DNA of 64,000 nt from Rhynchobatus australiae (GCA_034780895.1 JAUZTB010000135.1:98227747-98291746), one strand, 5' to 3'; numbered from the stretch's first letter, positions 1 through 13,302 are shown. The notes: generated by a model from the sequence alone, not told the origin. Program-made: numbers and translations.

Positions 1-110
1 TGGGGAAAAACAACAACAGAATGCAGAATATAGTCTTACAGTTACAGAGAAAGTGCAGTGCAGGCAGACAATAAGGTGCAAGGACATGAGGAGGTAGACT
101 GTGAGTTATA
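1..110 (-). mobile_element. Rex1/Babar-type LINE 3' UTR fragment (cut by window edge)
   Basis: Closely matches the copy at 40400-40900 in the same orientation (aacagaatgcagaata..cagttacagagaaagtgcagtgcaggcagacaataaggtgca) and is the reverse complement of part of 5195-5478. Confidence 0.8.
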
Positions 111-2075
111 CCTCTGAGTGCTATTCTGGGCTCCTCAAGGCTGGTGTAGCTCTATCCTGTTCTTGAGGCCTTGGATCTGGTGACTGATATTTTAACCCTG
201 TTTTCCTGCCACTCCACGACTCAGTTAGAGAGCATGAATGAAAATGGCAGAACAATATTGGGAGCAATTTGCTGACAGTGTCCTTGCATCTTACCTTATA
301 TATGCATGAGTTGAATTCAATGCAACTCCAAATATATTATTACTTGATTATTTACATAAATTTCCTTTTCATTAAATTCAATGTTTTAGTGAAACTTCTC
401 TCTGACTGTCATCTTTTCATGTTTTGGTTTCAGCACTTGGCTGGATCTCAGATAGCATTAAGTTTCTTTGTGCAAGTGGTGCATGACTAGTTCAGTATCC
501 CAGGGTCTGGTATCTGGCAAGGAACTGTGTGATCTCCCCCTTCATTCTTAATGGTTTCACTTCTGGAGAGACTTCTCACTTACGGTAACAGGATGTATTT
601 AAGCTACAATTACTGCATTTCAGAACATCGCCCTTGATGTGGACATTCCAATTCAGTGTATAATTTCAGTTCAGAACCTCTGCATAGTGCAAATATACAT
701 CAAAGTACCAAAAAATAATTTTTACAGCCCTCTAACACTGTACATGCAGCCTATTCTGTACACTGGTGCTAAGAACATGAACACATTTTACCCCTTAATT
801 CTCATGACTGCTTATTAATAAAAGGGGAACAGGACTACCCCCCACCTGCACACTGAGTATTGTTGATAGTAAGTTCTGTATTAAAGGTGTCACTGTGCAT
901 ATACCATTGAAATAACGTCTTAACAGGAAGAACCAGTTCAAAAGTAATCAGTGGGTCTTCACTGACAGCATTATAAAACTCCAGCTAGCAGGGTTGAGTA
1001 AATGGGGTTGCTTTATCCACTTCATTATGATCAATAGCTGTCCACAGCCAGGTGAAGAGAGCACAACAAGCAAAGCTTTCCACAGTAAAGTGCCTCTTAT
1101 CACTACGTGCTTGGGCAAGAACTAATGGAACTCATAAACACTTCTAACAGGCAGCTTTGAAATAAAGGATCACACATGGGAATGAGATAACTGAAAGAAT
1201 AATGTGCCTGCTTATATAAATATGTTTAAAGATGACACTTGTAAGATTGGTGAAACATGGAGTGTATATTTTTTGATGAAGTATCTCTCCATATAATTTT
1301 CTTAAATAAAACTATGAACAAATTGGCAAGCAAAAAGCACAGTTGACTGCCCTTGACCACAGTACATTTTTGATTGTTTTCCAACCAGAATATGGAATGA
1401 AATCAAATAGAATTTTTTTGGCAAATAACAGTGAACACTGCTTTGTTTCAAATTAGTCTTTGGGGCGCTAAAGATTGTGTGGTCAATATTGAGTATTTAA
1501 TGAACATTAATTGTCATCTGTTCAACGAAGCAAAATTAAGGTTTCCACAAGTAAATGCACCTGATCACACTAATCTCATAGTACCAATCCTTCATTGTTA
1601 AAGAAAACTTTTAGGAATGGAAGACCATTCTCTGTAATTAGCCTGCCAGTCTTTGAAAGAAAGGTGTCTTCCAGTATTAGACTACTATAATACTTTGCCA
1701 TTTTCTTTCAATCAATATCCTAATTTTCATTTTCTTCAGTAATATTCCACATCAGCCTTAGCCAGTAGCATTAAGTTCATTACAAGGAAGCATGAGTGAT
1801 TGTCCTCAGAACAAAGCATGCCAGCATTACTTCATGATACCCTCAACAGGAGATAAATTTTGAGGCATATGTTTTTAGAAGCATTTTTAGAAAACAAATC
1901 CTTGCTGAAAACATTTTTCCCCAGAAAATTAAAATCTTCTATTCATACTTTTAAGTATTTGTCAGTTTCTGCACTTTGATACAGAAATTTATTTGTTCCT
2001 GGACATGGGCTCAGACATTCGTGTTGCCTAATTAATCAGTGCTATTTGTACTACAAAATGGCTGTTACTTCATCT

Positions 2076-2113
2076 GGGGGGTGGGGGTGGGGGTTGGGTG
2101 GGGGGTGCAGGGG
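2076..2113 (+). repeat. G-rich tract with G-quadruplex potential
   Basis: Six G-runs of 3-6 nt separated by 1-4 nt loops (gggggg-t-ggggg-t-ggggg-tt-ggg-t-gggggg-tgca-gggg). Confidence 0.7.
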
Positions 2114-3699
2114 TGAAGCAGATGAGGTTTATGTTGGGCCAGATATTGAGGGGGATTCTGACAACAAACATCAACCAAAGTCCCTTAAAGAGGACAAAGG
2201 TGATACTTGAAAGGATAGTGGCAGCAAATGCTGAGGGAGCACCCAATTCTTTGACATTGCTGTAAGGTGCTGGCACAACCAGTGAGATGAGAACAAGTCT
2301 CTCTTGTCCCTTCCTGGGGCAATAATCTACTTAGGCATCTATACTATCAAAAATGGGAAGAAATTCTGAAGCTTGTGGATGGCTGGTGCACTGAACCCAC
2401 TACAGTGTTCACTGCCACAATGTCAGTGATTTCAATGTTAAAATAAGAATACTGCTATCTTACGCTCAGCTGCACCACCTGCAGCCTCATTAATCACAAC
2501 ATTAAAACAGTCACAGGATTCCTTTCTTATCCAGTTCCCTCAAGAAAGTTTCTCACTTCCACCACTCTCTCAGGCACTGCATTCATCATAACAATCTGTT
2601 GCATACGTATATTCTCACCTGTGCCCTGGTTCATTTTGTTAACCCGAGTCCCCTGGCCATGGATCCTCCTGCCACTAGAAATATACTCTCCTATTTACAC
2701 AAACAACATCCATCGCAATTTCAGTCAGTGAAGTCTGCTGATCATGTTACTGCTTTGTGACCAAGATCAAATTGAAGAACAAAATTTGTGTGCAACTGTC
2801 CTCCACTCTCTGAACTTCTGGCAAAAACACCCTGCTTAGATTGGGAGAAGCTGTTGTATCTTCTTAAGTTCTAACAACCTCCAGACATTAAAGAGACTGT
2901 TTTCTGAGTAAATTGATAAACTGTACAATTAATTGTATTGGCTATAAGCTCAGATATATACATTGCCTTGCACCAACTCACTAGCTGAAATAGAGTTGTC
3001 AGTGGAGACTCCATCATTTTTAACACCTTTGTTGAATGTCATCTGGACTCATGGATACCAATTTCGCTTCTGCATTCTCTTCACATAACTGAATGCCCAC
3101 ATTCTCTGTACTATTTCAGCAAATTTCTTCAGCAGCCTTTCCAGACCTTGAGACCTGAGGCACTGTGTATTTATTTTGCCCATCTCTGTTTATGAATCTG
3201 AGAGCCCTGTGCACCTTCTTGTTACGCAGCTTGAAAGATTCATTTGCATGAACCCCCAAGTTCTCTGTTTCTCCCATTTGTTAAAGTGAGCTTCACTTCG
3301 GGAAAATCAGCTCACATTCTTGGTCCTGAACGTCACACCATAACTCTAGTTAGAATCTGTACNNNNNNNNNNNNNNNNNNNNNNNNNNNNNNNNNNNNNN
3401 NNNNNNNNNNNNNNNNNNNNNNNNNNNNNNNNNNNNNNNNNNNNNNNNNNNNNNNNNNNNNNGCCCCTGATGGGGCTCAGGTGTGTGTCATTATGTAATC
3501 AGTCCAGCATGGAATCCATGTGCTGTACAACAAGACCTCATCAAAGGAGACAAACTGAGGGCCATGACAGTACAACTCCAAGGTGTGAATAATAACTTGT
3601 CTCTGATGCTCCCTATAATCAGATAGTTAGCTACCATATACTGTTTAGACTTATCTACACGCAATTAAATATTAGGGAAACAAATGGACACAATCACTA

Positions 3700-4310
3700 C
3701 TTTGATCGGATCATTAGTATAGAAACCATTGAAGACTACCCAGAGATCTTTCAATTCCAAGAAATTCCCTTCAACCTTCAGCTTCTGCCTTCCCTTCACC
3801 AATCAGCTTGTCCCAAATCATGCAGTTGCAATTCCTTTAATTCTCTTGGTCATATGCTCCTTATGCACTGTCTTGCCAAATTATCTTTAAAAATCCAAGT
3901 AAGTTACATCCATTGTATTTGAATTATCTGTCCTATCTGTTATTTATTCAAAGGGCTCTGTAAAGTTAGTCAATCTTAACTCTCCTTTGAAGCACGCTAA
4001 TTAATTCTGATTACTCATATTTCACGAATTTTCCTATCCACAAAATTCTGGAAACTCATACTTTGAACCTTCATTAATTCTTACTTAACTTTTCTTAGAA
4101 TTCTGTTGTAACATGATTTTTTAAAAATAGTGGCCTTGGTTCTACACTCATCCTTGATTGTGTAAGTATTTCAATCTCCACTTCCCCGTAAAAACTGAGG
4201 CAAAGTGCTTCAGTGTTTTAGCCATTCCTTCACACTCCCATACACGGGTTTTGCCTTCACCTTTGAGTGGCCCCAAAAGTGAGATCTTATGTTTTAGAAG
4301 TCGTTAATGC
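3700..4310 (-). mobile_element. Highly degraded CR1-type LINE ORF2 remnant
   Basis: The minus strand near 4180-4230 reads GMAKTLKHFASVFTGK, resembling the CR1 ORF2 motif AEvLNeyFASVFT. Boundaries are uncertain. Confidence 0.5.
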
Positions 4311-4505
4311 ATGTTTTAAACTGTGAGGTAGTAACAAAAAATTATTTAGCAGAATGTTAATCACTTCAGCATGTGACATGGAGAAGCAAGCAGGAGAAAG
4401 GAAGCCTACAGTGCAACCAGTTCCACGTTTGGCTTTCACCCAAATATTCATCCGACTGAGTTCCAATTCGGCTTGTCACTTCAGCCTGGCTGTTGGATCG
4501 GGGAA

Positions 4506-4585
4506 GGATCATGGAGTCACACAGCAGTGAAGTAGGCCCTTCAGCCCACAAAATCTGCACTGACCATGCGCCAATCCTGCACCAG
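4506..4585 (-). mobile_element. CR1/HER1-type LINE 3' tail fragment
   Basis: cacagc...aggcccttcagcccac is the reverse complement of the gggccgaagggcctgtt...gctgt tail seen in the longer copies. Confidence 0.6.
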
Positions 4586-5194
4586 TCAAGGAGTGGCTGA
4601 TCTTGGCTGCACCTGTAGAATCTATCCTTCACTACCATGAGATCTTACATCTTGAGGAAGAAGGGGCTGTAATATAAATATCTGATGTGGGTGCCCCCCC
4701 CGCACATGTTAGACACACTGCTGTTCAGATCACACACACTGCCTCTGACTGAGCTGTGCCAAGTAGCAACAGCCACCTTAGATTTTAAAGATAGACTATT
4801 GTGGGATAAGATTTGCAGTCATTTCAGAAAAAAATGCATCTCAGTTAGCTTACGTTACAAGGGCAGTTTGTAGACATGTCATTGAATCCAAATGGCCCAG
4901 AATTGACTCTTAGTTGTGTGGAATTACCTCATTCCATGTTGGGTAGCAGCTGGTGCACAACAACCAGCCCAATCCACTGGGCTCTGTTTGGGGAAAATCA
5001 TCCTGTATCTTCTGATCTCAATGGAATTTTGTTACTCTAGTTTGAAAATGTGCATGTGCAAATGTTAGATGCAAGTGAGATTGCAATAAGAAAATAATAT
5101 TATGATATTTTGTGGACAGTAAAGTTACAGTGTTCCCTACCACAGACACTGTGATTTTCAATGAAACATTGGAAGTTTACTGGCCACCATTTCA

Positions 5195-5478
5195 ATCAAG
5201 GACAGCATCTATCCCACTGTTATAAGACTAGTAAATGGTCCCCTAGTACAATAAGATGGACTCTTGACCTCAAAATCTACCTCATTATGACCTTGCACCT
5301 TATTGTCTGCCTGCACCGCACTTTCTCTGTAACTGTAACACATTCTGTTCTACATTCCGTTATTGTTTTACCCTGTACTTCCTCAGTGCACTGTTGTAAT
5401 GAATTGATCTGTATGAACGATAAGTTTCTCACAGCACCTTGGGTACATGTGACAATAATAAACCAATTTACCAATTTA
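5195..5478 (+). mobile_element. Rex1/Babar-type LINE 3' end
   Basis: Begins in the KDSIYPTVIRLVNG C-terminal motif, runs through the 3' UTR shared with 1-110 and 40400-40900, and ends in the aaccaatttaccaattt tail repeat. Confidence 0.8.
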
Positions 5479-6885
5479 ATTCCCAGTCACTGGAAAGCAG
5501 CAATCCTGATACCAAATAGAATTCTAAAATATAATAAAATTAGAATAAAGTGTAAAATCAAAATTATATAGAATCTTGATTAAATCAAACGTTGTTCTGG
5601 TTGCAGAATGATGTCAGAATGCAGAGGTTAGAATGATCAAGAAGGACTGAATGTGCTGGGGGAGGGGGGGGAGGTCATTCTGTCCAGAAGAGAGAATGAG
5701 GGATGACATAATGGAAATACGTCGTGCTTAGGGTACATCTTGAGTATTTTGTGTTCAGTCTGGACAAACATTAAAAGAGGTTCAGAATCAGATCCTGAAT
5801 ACTAAGATCTGTGAAATGAACTAAAACAGAAGAAACTGGAACGTTCCTGCTTAAAAACTTCCTAACTTCGATGTGTCTTTAAGGTGAAACACAAAGAGTT
5901 GGTTGTAAAGCTTTATTCAAAATAAATAAGGGCAAAGCAATGAAACACAGGCTCACTGAAAGGCAAATTAAAAGGTTCAGTCATCAATTTCTCATTACAA
6001 AAGAGAATATGCATTTGCTCAAAATAGCTGATAGACAGTTACAACTCTCCTGATTCTTATTTCCACTGAAGTCAATAAAATACAGACTGGGAAAGAAATG
6101 AAACAAGTTGCTAACCAGCTATCATCGACTTTATAGTATTCCACGTCAACATCTGCTGCTAAATTATTGCTAAATTAAGATGATGTTTGACTTGAACCAG
6201 CAGTTGCAGTGTTTTCTTGAACTTCCTTCACTTGTCTTGGTGAGAGAGGTTCNNNNNNNNNNNNNNNNNNNNNNNNNNNNNNNNNNNNNNNNNNNNNNNN
6301 NNNNNNNNNNNNNNNNNNNNNNNNNNNNNNNNNNNNNNNNNNNNNNNNNNNNNNNNNNNNNNNNNNNNNNNNNNNNNNNNNNNNNNNNNNNNNNNNNNNN
6401 NNNNNNNNNNNNNNNNNNNNNNNNNNNNNNNNNNNNNNNNNNNNNNNNNNNNNNNNNNNNNNNNNNNNNNNNNNNNNNNNNNNNNNNNNNNNNNNNNNNN
6501 NNNNNNNNNNNNNNNNNNNNNNNNNNNNNNNNNNNNNNNNNNNNNNNNNNNNNNNNNNNNNNNNNNNNNNNNNNNNNNNNNNNNNNNNNNNNNNNNNNNN
6601 NNNNNNNNNNNNNNNNNNNNNNNNNNNNNNNNNNNNNNNNNNNNNNNNNNNNNNNNNNNNNNNNNNNNNNNNNNNNNNNNNNNNNNNNNNNNNNNNNNNN
6701 NNNNNNNNNNNNNNNNNNNNNNNNNNNNNNNNNNNNNNNNNNNNNNNNNNNNNNNNNNNNNNNNNNNNNNNNNNNNNNNNNNNNNNNNNNNNNNNNNNNN
6801 NNNNNNNNNNNNNNNNNNNNNNNNNNNNNNNNNNNNNNNNNNNNNNNNNNNNNNNNNNNNNNNNNNNNNNNNNNNNNNNNNNNNN

Positions 6886-9130
6886 TGACACATATCAACT
6901 CATGCTTGAATATTATTCTGGTCTTGTTGCATGCAGCAATTGACTGCTTCATTTGCTGAGGAGTTGTGAATGGAATTGAACATCAAGCAACAATCAGCAA
7001 ATATCCTCACTGCTGACATCATGATGGAAAGAAGCATCAGCCTGTATTGTGCTGTATTGTTCTATGGTTCTGTGATAAAGCAGATAGGGCTGGGATAATG
7101 TATCTTCAACGGTCACAACCATCTTCCTTTCTGTGAGGTGTGGCTCTAACCTTTAGAGTGCGAGAATCATACAGCACTGAAACACGCCCACAACATCTGT
7201 ATTGTCATCAACTACCCACCTACACTCATCCCAGTTTTTAGCCAGGACCATAGCCCTCTATACCATGACATTCTGAGAGCTTATCTAAGTACTTCTGAAG
7301 TGTTGTCAGGAATGTCGGAGTGTTTTCCCTGAATGCCCATTAACTTTAGTTTTATCAAGCCTTGAGGCTACACACAGTTAAATTGGGCTTTGATGTCAAG
7401 TGCAGTCACTGTCACCTCACTCTGTGATCCATGGCTGCAATGATGTCTGGAGATGTGTGCCTCTGGCAAAACCTAAGCTGGGCTTCTGTAAGCAGGTTAT
7501 TGGTGGCTAAAAGTTGTTGGCAAGTCCCGCTGATTTGACAGTAATTATCCAAATTTGGATTTGTTCTGCTTTTTGTGAACATGACATACTTGAACAATTG
7601 TTCAATTGTTGTTGCCAGTATTGTAACTGTCCTGAAGTAGCTTGTCCTGGGGTGCAGCTCGTTCTGAAGCATAAGTCTTCAGTACTACAGCTGCTATGTT
7701 GCTTAGTCTAATAGCCTTTGCCGTATCCAGTGCTCTCAATTGTTTCTTGCTAGCTGATGGGATGAATTGATTTGGTTGAAGACTGGCTTCTGTGATGGTG
7801 GAGATCTCAGGAGATGGCTGCCGGCCAAATGTGGTTGGATATGTCGGCCTTGTCTTTGGTTTGTGTGGGGAAGGAAGAGAGGAGATCTCATTGAAACATT
7901 CAAAGTTCTGACAGGGCTTGACGAGCTGGGTGCAGGGAGGATGCTTCCCCTGGATCAAGGGTCTAGAATGAGAGAGGACATAGATACTGGTGAACTTGTG
8001 GACTGTTCCACTACAGAATGCTGTGGAGGCCAAGCCACTGAATGTACTTCAGAAGGAAATAGATTTCTGGACACAAAAGGCATCAGGGGCATAAGGAGAG
8101 AGTAAGACTATGGTATTGTGCTAAAGGATCATTCACAATCACATTGAAACAAGGAGCAGGGTTAATGGGCTGAATGGTCTTCCCCTTCATTCATTTTCCC
8201 GTGTTTCCATGTTGGGCAAGGTGTCACCAAGGATAGGGATGTTTTCGTGCCTCCGAATCCCATCAGTTCTTTCTTTATCACCAATCACTGCTAAATGCGG
8301 TCGAGTTGCACTGCTTTGATCTGACCCACTGGTGGTGGGATCGTGTACCCCTGTGACATGTTGTCCTTGCATTTAATCCTCTGTTGCAGCTGTTCCAGAT
8401 TTGTACCTTTATTTTTAGCTACATCTGGTGCTACTCCCAGCATGCTTTCCGAATCCTGCGTATTACGGTTGATACCATGGGTTGATTGTGGTAGTAAGTG
8501 AGCTGAGAAGAAGTTACAGATTCTGGTGGCATATATTTCTGCCGTTGCTGATGGTCCACAGCACCTTATTGATGCCAGGCTTTGAGCTGCCAGATCTGTT
8601 TAGAATCTACTCCATTCAGCACAATGGGAGTGATTCAGGAGTCGTTGTTCCAAATGCTGCCACGGGCAGGTGCATCTGGAACAGATAGTTGGATCAGAGT
8701 GAGACTGGATCATTTAGTCATTGTGTTTGTAGACTTCTACAGACCCAGTGTGACAGCCACATCCTCATGTATTGACTGGCACAGTTGGTGATGATGCTAC
8801 CAAGCCACTCACCCAGCTAGAGTACATTCTGTGTCCTTCCTACTTTAAGTGTTTTCTCCTGGTTTTGGAGGACTTCTGATTACCAGCTGAGGGAGGATGG
8901 TCGATGGTAACCATGTGATTTAACCAGATGCCTTAAGACATCTTGAGGTCTAGAGTTAATTATGAGGAGTACCAGGCCTACTCCCTCTCATATACCACGA
9001 CTGTTACCTCTGTTGGATCTGTCCTGTCCGTGGGGTAGGACCTATCCATGGAATGTGAAAGAGTAGTAGATCGCTTTCAGGCTTGATTAGATGATTGTAC
9101 AAATCTCCCAGTTTAGACACCATTACCAAT
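6886..9130 (-). mobile_element. Old, fragmented CR1/L2-group LINE ORF2 (clade unresolved), interrupted by younger CR1 pieces
   Basis: Minus-strand peptides KKQLRALDTAKAIRLSNIAAVVLKTYASE..KLLQDSYNTG and KSRTNPNLDNYCQIS..NNLLTEAQLRFCQRH are decayed forms of KA-GPDNIP..LK and NYRPISL..QFGFR. A degenerate FADD region lies near 6960-7030. Many stops and frameshifts. Confidence 0.75.
7875..8185 (+). mobile_element. CR1-type LINE 3' fragment nested in the older LINE
   Basis: Translates to KRGDLIETFKVLTGLDELGAGRMLPL, a CR1 ORF2 C-terminus, and ends in a gggctgaatggtct tail. Confidence 0.8.
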
Positions 9131-11789
9131 GATTCACCTGGAGAAGTGTACAAAGTTGACTGGGCTGGGAGGGTTCAAGTTCAGTGCCAGGTGGGCATGC
9201 AGGTTTTTCTGCGTGTCAAACCATCTCAACTGTGTTGTTGTGGACCTGAAACCGCACAGAGGCCAGAAAGGATTTGTGAATCTGCTGAGTTTTTACAACA
9301 ATCTGTCGTTGTTTCTTAAACACCACTTTATTAACTGAGCTTAAGTTGCACTGCAACCACAGTTGGATAGTGGACTCACACGTCTGTACCCATAGCCTAG
9401 GATTCTGTACCACCATCACACCCATATCACCTCGACATACAAGTATAGTTCCTGTTGAATTGGGCTACCCACCGANNNNNNNNNNNNNNNNNNNNNNNNN
9501 NNNNNNNNNNNNNNNNNNNNNNNNNNNNNNNNNNNNNNNNNNNNNNNNNNNNNNNNNNNNNNNNNNNNNNNNNNNATAGTTCCTGTTGAATTGGGCTACC
9601 CACCGATGATGTATGATCTCACACTGATTCTGGTTCAGACTGATTTACTCTTCTTACAATTAACTATAATAAGAGACATGAATGGGAAAGTAAACACTTC
9701 AGGATGTGAGGTAGCATTGGTGTCAAAGTGGTAGATATTAAAATTAAACTTTAAAAATTTCCCAAATGGCTCCTTTAATCTTTAAGAGGTACCAGAATGT
9801 AATTACACATTTATTCAACTCTCCTATCTCTGCATAAAGTATTGCTAGCAAGAGACCCTCTAACAATGTTCTCAAAGCAGATTATCTCAGTGCCTGAAGT
9901 ATTCAATGAATTTTAGAGGGTAGCTTTTGTGAATTTTCACTCCCATTGCTTTGTGCTCCGTCTGCAGATCAGTGGCCCATGTGAGATTTTCTATCTTCCA
10001 TGCCTGAACACCCAATGTGTGCCTGGAATGTGAGCTCATTAAGTCCCACCTTTTTTGTCTTGCCACCAGAATGCAGCTAAAACATATGACTATAGAAAAA
10101 ATAAAAATGATAACATTTGTTTTGTCAATAATTCCAGCAAAGTTTCAGAACAAACAAATGACAGATTATACACAACAGTACTCTAAATTTTTGAGTTCTC
10201 ACCTTAAAATAATTAACATGCTTTTGCTCGTTATTATGTATGTATAACTTATTCACCCCCAAGAGTTTATTTTACAATGAAGTAATCGAGGGAATAAGTA
10301 AAGCCATTTGATGCAGCTGCACAGACCATTTACAATCTATCCTATTGTGGGCTTCTTGCCAGNNNNNNNNNNNNNNNNNNNNNNNNNNNNNNNNNNNNNN
10401 NNNNNNNNNNNNNNNNNNNNNNNNNNNNNNNNNNNNNNNNNNNNNNNNNNNNNNNNNNNNNNNNNNNNNNNNNNNNNNNNNNNNNNNNNNNNNNNNNNNN
10501 NNNNNNNNNNNNNNNNNNNNNNNNNNNNNNNNNNNNNNNNNNNNNNNNNNNNNNNNNNNNNNNNNNNNNNNNNNNNNNNNNNNNNNNNNNNNNNNNNNNN
10601 NNNNNNNNNNNNNNNNNNNNNNNNNNNNNNNNNNNNNNNNNNNNNNNNNNNNNNNNNNNNNNNNNNNNNNNNNNNNNNNNNNNNNNNNNNNNNNNNNNNN
10701 NNNNNNNNNNNNNNNNNNNNNNNNNNNNNNNNNNNNNNNNNNNNNNNNNNNNNNNNNNNNNNNNNNNNNNNNNNNNNNNNNNNNNNNNNNNNNNNNNNNN
10801 NNNNNNNNNNNNNNNNNNNNNNNNNNNNNNNNNNNNNNNNNNNNNNNNNNNNNNNNNNNNNNNNNNNNNNNNNNATAGAGAGGCACAAACAACTTTGATG
10901 GCTTGGTATTATTTGCATTAAAGTGGCAAGTTGTTGGCACAGGCTGAACTCTGATGGCCATTCATTATTTTAGTGGGTATGTGGGAAATTCAGTGGCTCA
11001 TTTGCAGAGCACAACTGTTGTCAAAGGAGAGGCCTCAGCTGATCAGACTGACACGGAAACTGATGTTGGCATCGTGATCAGGGAGGCACAGGGAGACAAT
11101 CCTTCTCTTTCTGCTAGCAAAGAAGCATAGCAGATCCTATTTCATAATGTTTTCAACGTTATTTCCAGTGATTCATTTAAGGGAAGGCTGACAGCATCAT
11201 AAGATCTTACAGAACAGAAGCAGGCCATTCAGCCCATTGTGTCTGTGCTGACTCTTTTTACCAATGAGTTTGGTCTCCTTACTCCTCCTTGTAGCCCTGC
11301 AAATCTTGTCTTTTCACTTATATACTGTAGGGAACTGCCAACGTGGGCGCAGCATGTTCTGAGCATATGTGGCGTATTTGTACTTTACCAATATAGAGCT
11401 TTTTTATTGAATAATTTTGTATAATCCATGAGTTTTTGCACTAATAAAAGGGAATCAATAACGTGGCTTTATGTTACCCACACCCATTAAAAGTGATAGG
11501 TAGAATATAACAGGGCCCATATTCCAGATCCTGGCTGCAGAAATTCTATTTGAACATGAGGTTTTGAAAAGAAATCCTTTAATGGTTTTGAAAATCTCAC
11601 ACACTTCTTAGTCCAGTTTTTCTCTTCACATCTGTGTGCTGAGTGAGGGGGAGTTCCTCGCAGCCTTTGTAACTGCCCAGCCAGTGAATGCAGCTTCACC
11701 AGACAAGATCTAATGGTACTGCGGTATACTGAGCAAAGTTGCTGACAACTTGCTGTAGATCAGACACTGCCCACTGGAAAAAAAGCCAC

Positions 11790-11945
11790 GTTGTCAGGAA
11801 AAGTGCAACACATAGGTGGTCAGGCAGCATCTATGGAGGGAAATGGACAGTCGATGTTTCAGGTTGAGACCCTTCATCTGGACTGACAGTTAGAAGGGAG
11901 AGAGCTGATATAAAAAGGTGGAGGGAAGGGGTGGAGCAAGAGGAA
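11790..11945 (-). mobile_element. Penelope-like element pseudo-LTR fragment
   Basis: Contains ggtcaggcagcatctatggagggaaatggacagtcgatgtttc, a repeat unit related to those at 21790-21860 (adjacent to GIY-YIG coding remnants) and 34481-34680. Confidence 0.7.
11848..11885 (-). ncRNA. Minimal type I hammerhead-ribozyme-like motif with a variant core
   Basis: Minus strand reads CAGTC-CAGATGA-AGG gtctcaa CCT-GAAA-C-ATC-GACTG: 5-bp stem I, core CAGAUGA (canonical CUGANGA), 3-bp stem II, GAAA, NUH triplet AUC and no proper stem III. Confidence 0.55.
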
Positions 11946-12656
11946 AGGTGTTTCTTTTCCAAGCACTCAGGTAGAGAAGACACACATTGACAGGGGTTAA
12001 TGTCACGACTGGGCACTGCTCTGGAAGCGCTTGTTGCTTATGAGTCCTTGTGCAATGAGTCACACCGTCAGTGTCTGCCATCATTGTCTGGCTGACCATC
12101 AGTGCAGAGCTGGAAAGGTAATTGGAGAAGCAGGGTGCTGCAGGAGCATGGATGGAAGGAGAAGTGTTTGAGGCAGGTAGTTTGGAAAGTCAGACTATGC
12201 TGACTGCGGGCTTCACCATAGAGATGGTGAGGAACGCGGTAGAGTGAGCAGCCTGGAGTGTGGCTGAAAGATGTAAAGACGGAGTATTAAACAAGAAGTG
12301 AATATCACCAGCGGCCACCAAACCCTGAGACTCGTGCATCAAAGTGTGACGTGACGAATCAAAGCAGGAAGGGGTTTGAGTAGAAGGGCCGGGCTTTTCA
12401 ATCCAGTAGAGGCATAGCGTNNNNNNNNNNNNNNNNNNNNNNNNNNNNNNNNNNNNNNNNNNNNNNNNNNNNNNAATCATCAAGCATCCATGTATGTAAA
12501 TTGCATTAATTATGTTCTCTCCTCATTCAACTCAATGCTTAGGAAAACAAGGGTAATGCAAGTTCAACAAATCTACTGAGCATGAACGTATATAATATGG
12601 TTATTTGGGCATGTTTAATTAGCAAATATAGTTTGAACTTTTAAGAGATGAATAAC

Positions 12657-13195
12657 TATGAGACAGAACAGTACAGCACAGGAACAGGCCCTCGGCCCAC
12701 AATGTCTGCACCAAACATGATGCTGGAATAAATTAATTCTCTTTCACCTGTACACGATCCACATCCCTCCGTTCCCTGAATATTCACATGTCTGTCTAAC
12801 AGCTTCTCAAACCCCTCTATCGTACCTACTTCCACCACCTCCCCTGGCAGCCAGTTCCAGGCACCCACCACTCTCTGTGTAAAAAACCTGCTCCACACAT
12901 CTCCTTTAAACCTTCCCCCTCTCACCTTAAATGCATGTCCTCTAGTACATGACATTTTTACCCTGGGAGAAAGATTCTGACTGTCTACTCTATCTATGTC
13001 TCTCATAATCTTATAAACTTCCATCAGGTCTCCCCTCGGCCTCCGCCGCTCCAGAGAAAACAACCTAAGCTTGTCCAACCTCTCCTTTTAGATCACACCC
13101 TCTAATCCAGACAACATTCTGGTGAACCTCTCTGCACCCTCTCCAAAGTCCTTCTTGTAATGGGGTGACCATAAATGCGCATAATACTCCAAGTG
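12657..13195 (-). mobile_element. CR1/HER1-type LINE 3' end, comparatively well preserved
   Basis: ORF 12656-13078 encodes LRLFSLERRRPRGDLMEVYKIMRDIDRVD..TRGHAFKVRG..FFTQRVVGAWNWLPGEVVE, the typical CR1 ORF2 C-terminus, followed by the gggccgagggcctgttcctgtgctgtactgttct tail. Confidence 0.92.
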
Positions 13196-13243
13196 ACACT
13201 TCTTGAAAAGCACCTGCAATTTGTGCCTTTCACATTAGTAAAA

Positions 13244-13302
13244 CGGTAAATTGGTAAATTGGTTTATTAGAGTCCCATGTACTGAGGTACAGTGAAAAAC
13301 TT
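13244..13302 (-). mobile_element. Rex1/Babar-type LINE 3' terminus running into a gap
   Basis: ggtaaattggtaaattggtttattag..catgtactgaggtacagtgaaaaactt matches the terminus at 40400-40455. Confidence 0.75.

Noticed and set aside
9445-9606. 31-bp direct repeat around a gap, superficially CRISPR-like or TSD-like
   Set aside because: Only two copies flanking exactly 100 N in a vertebrate context with no cas genes; the same pattern at other 100-N gaps points to contig overlap.
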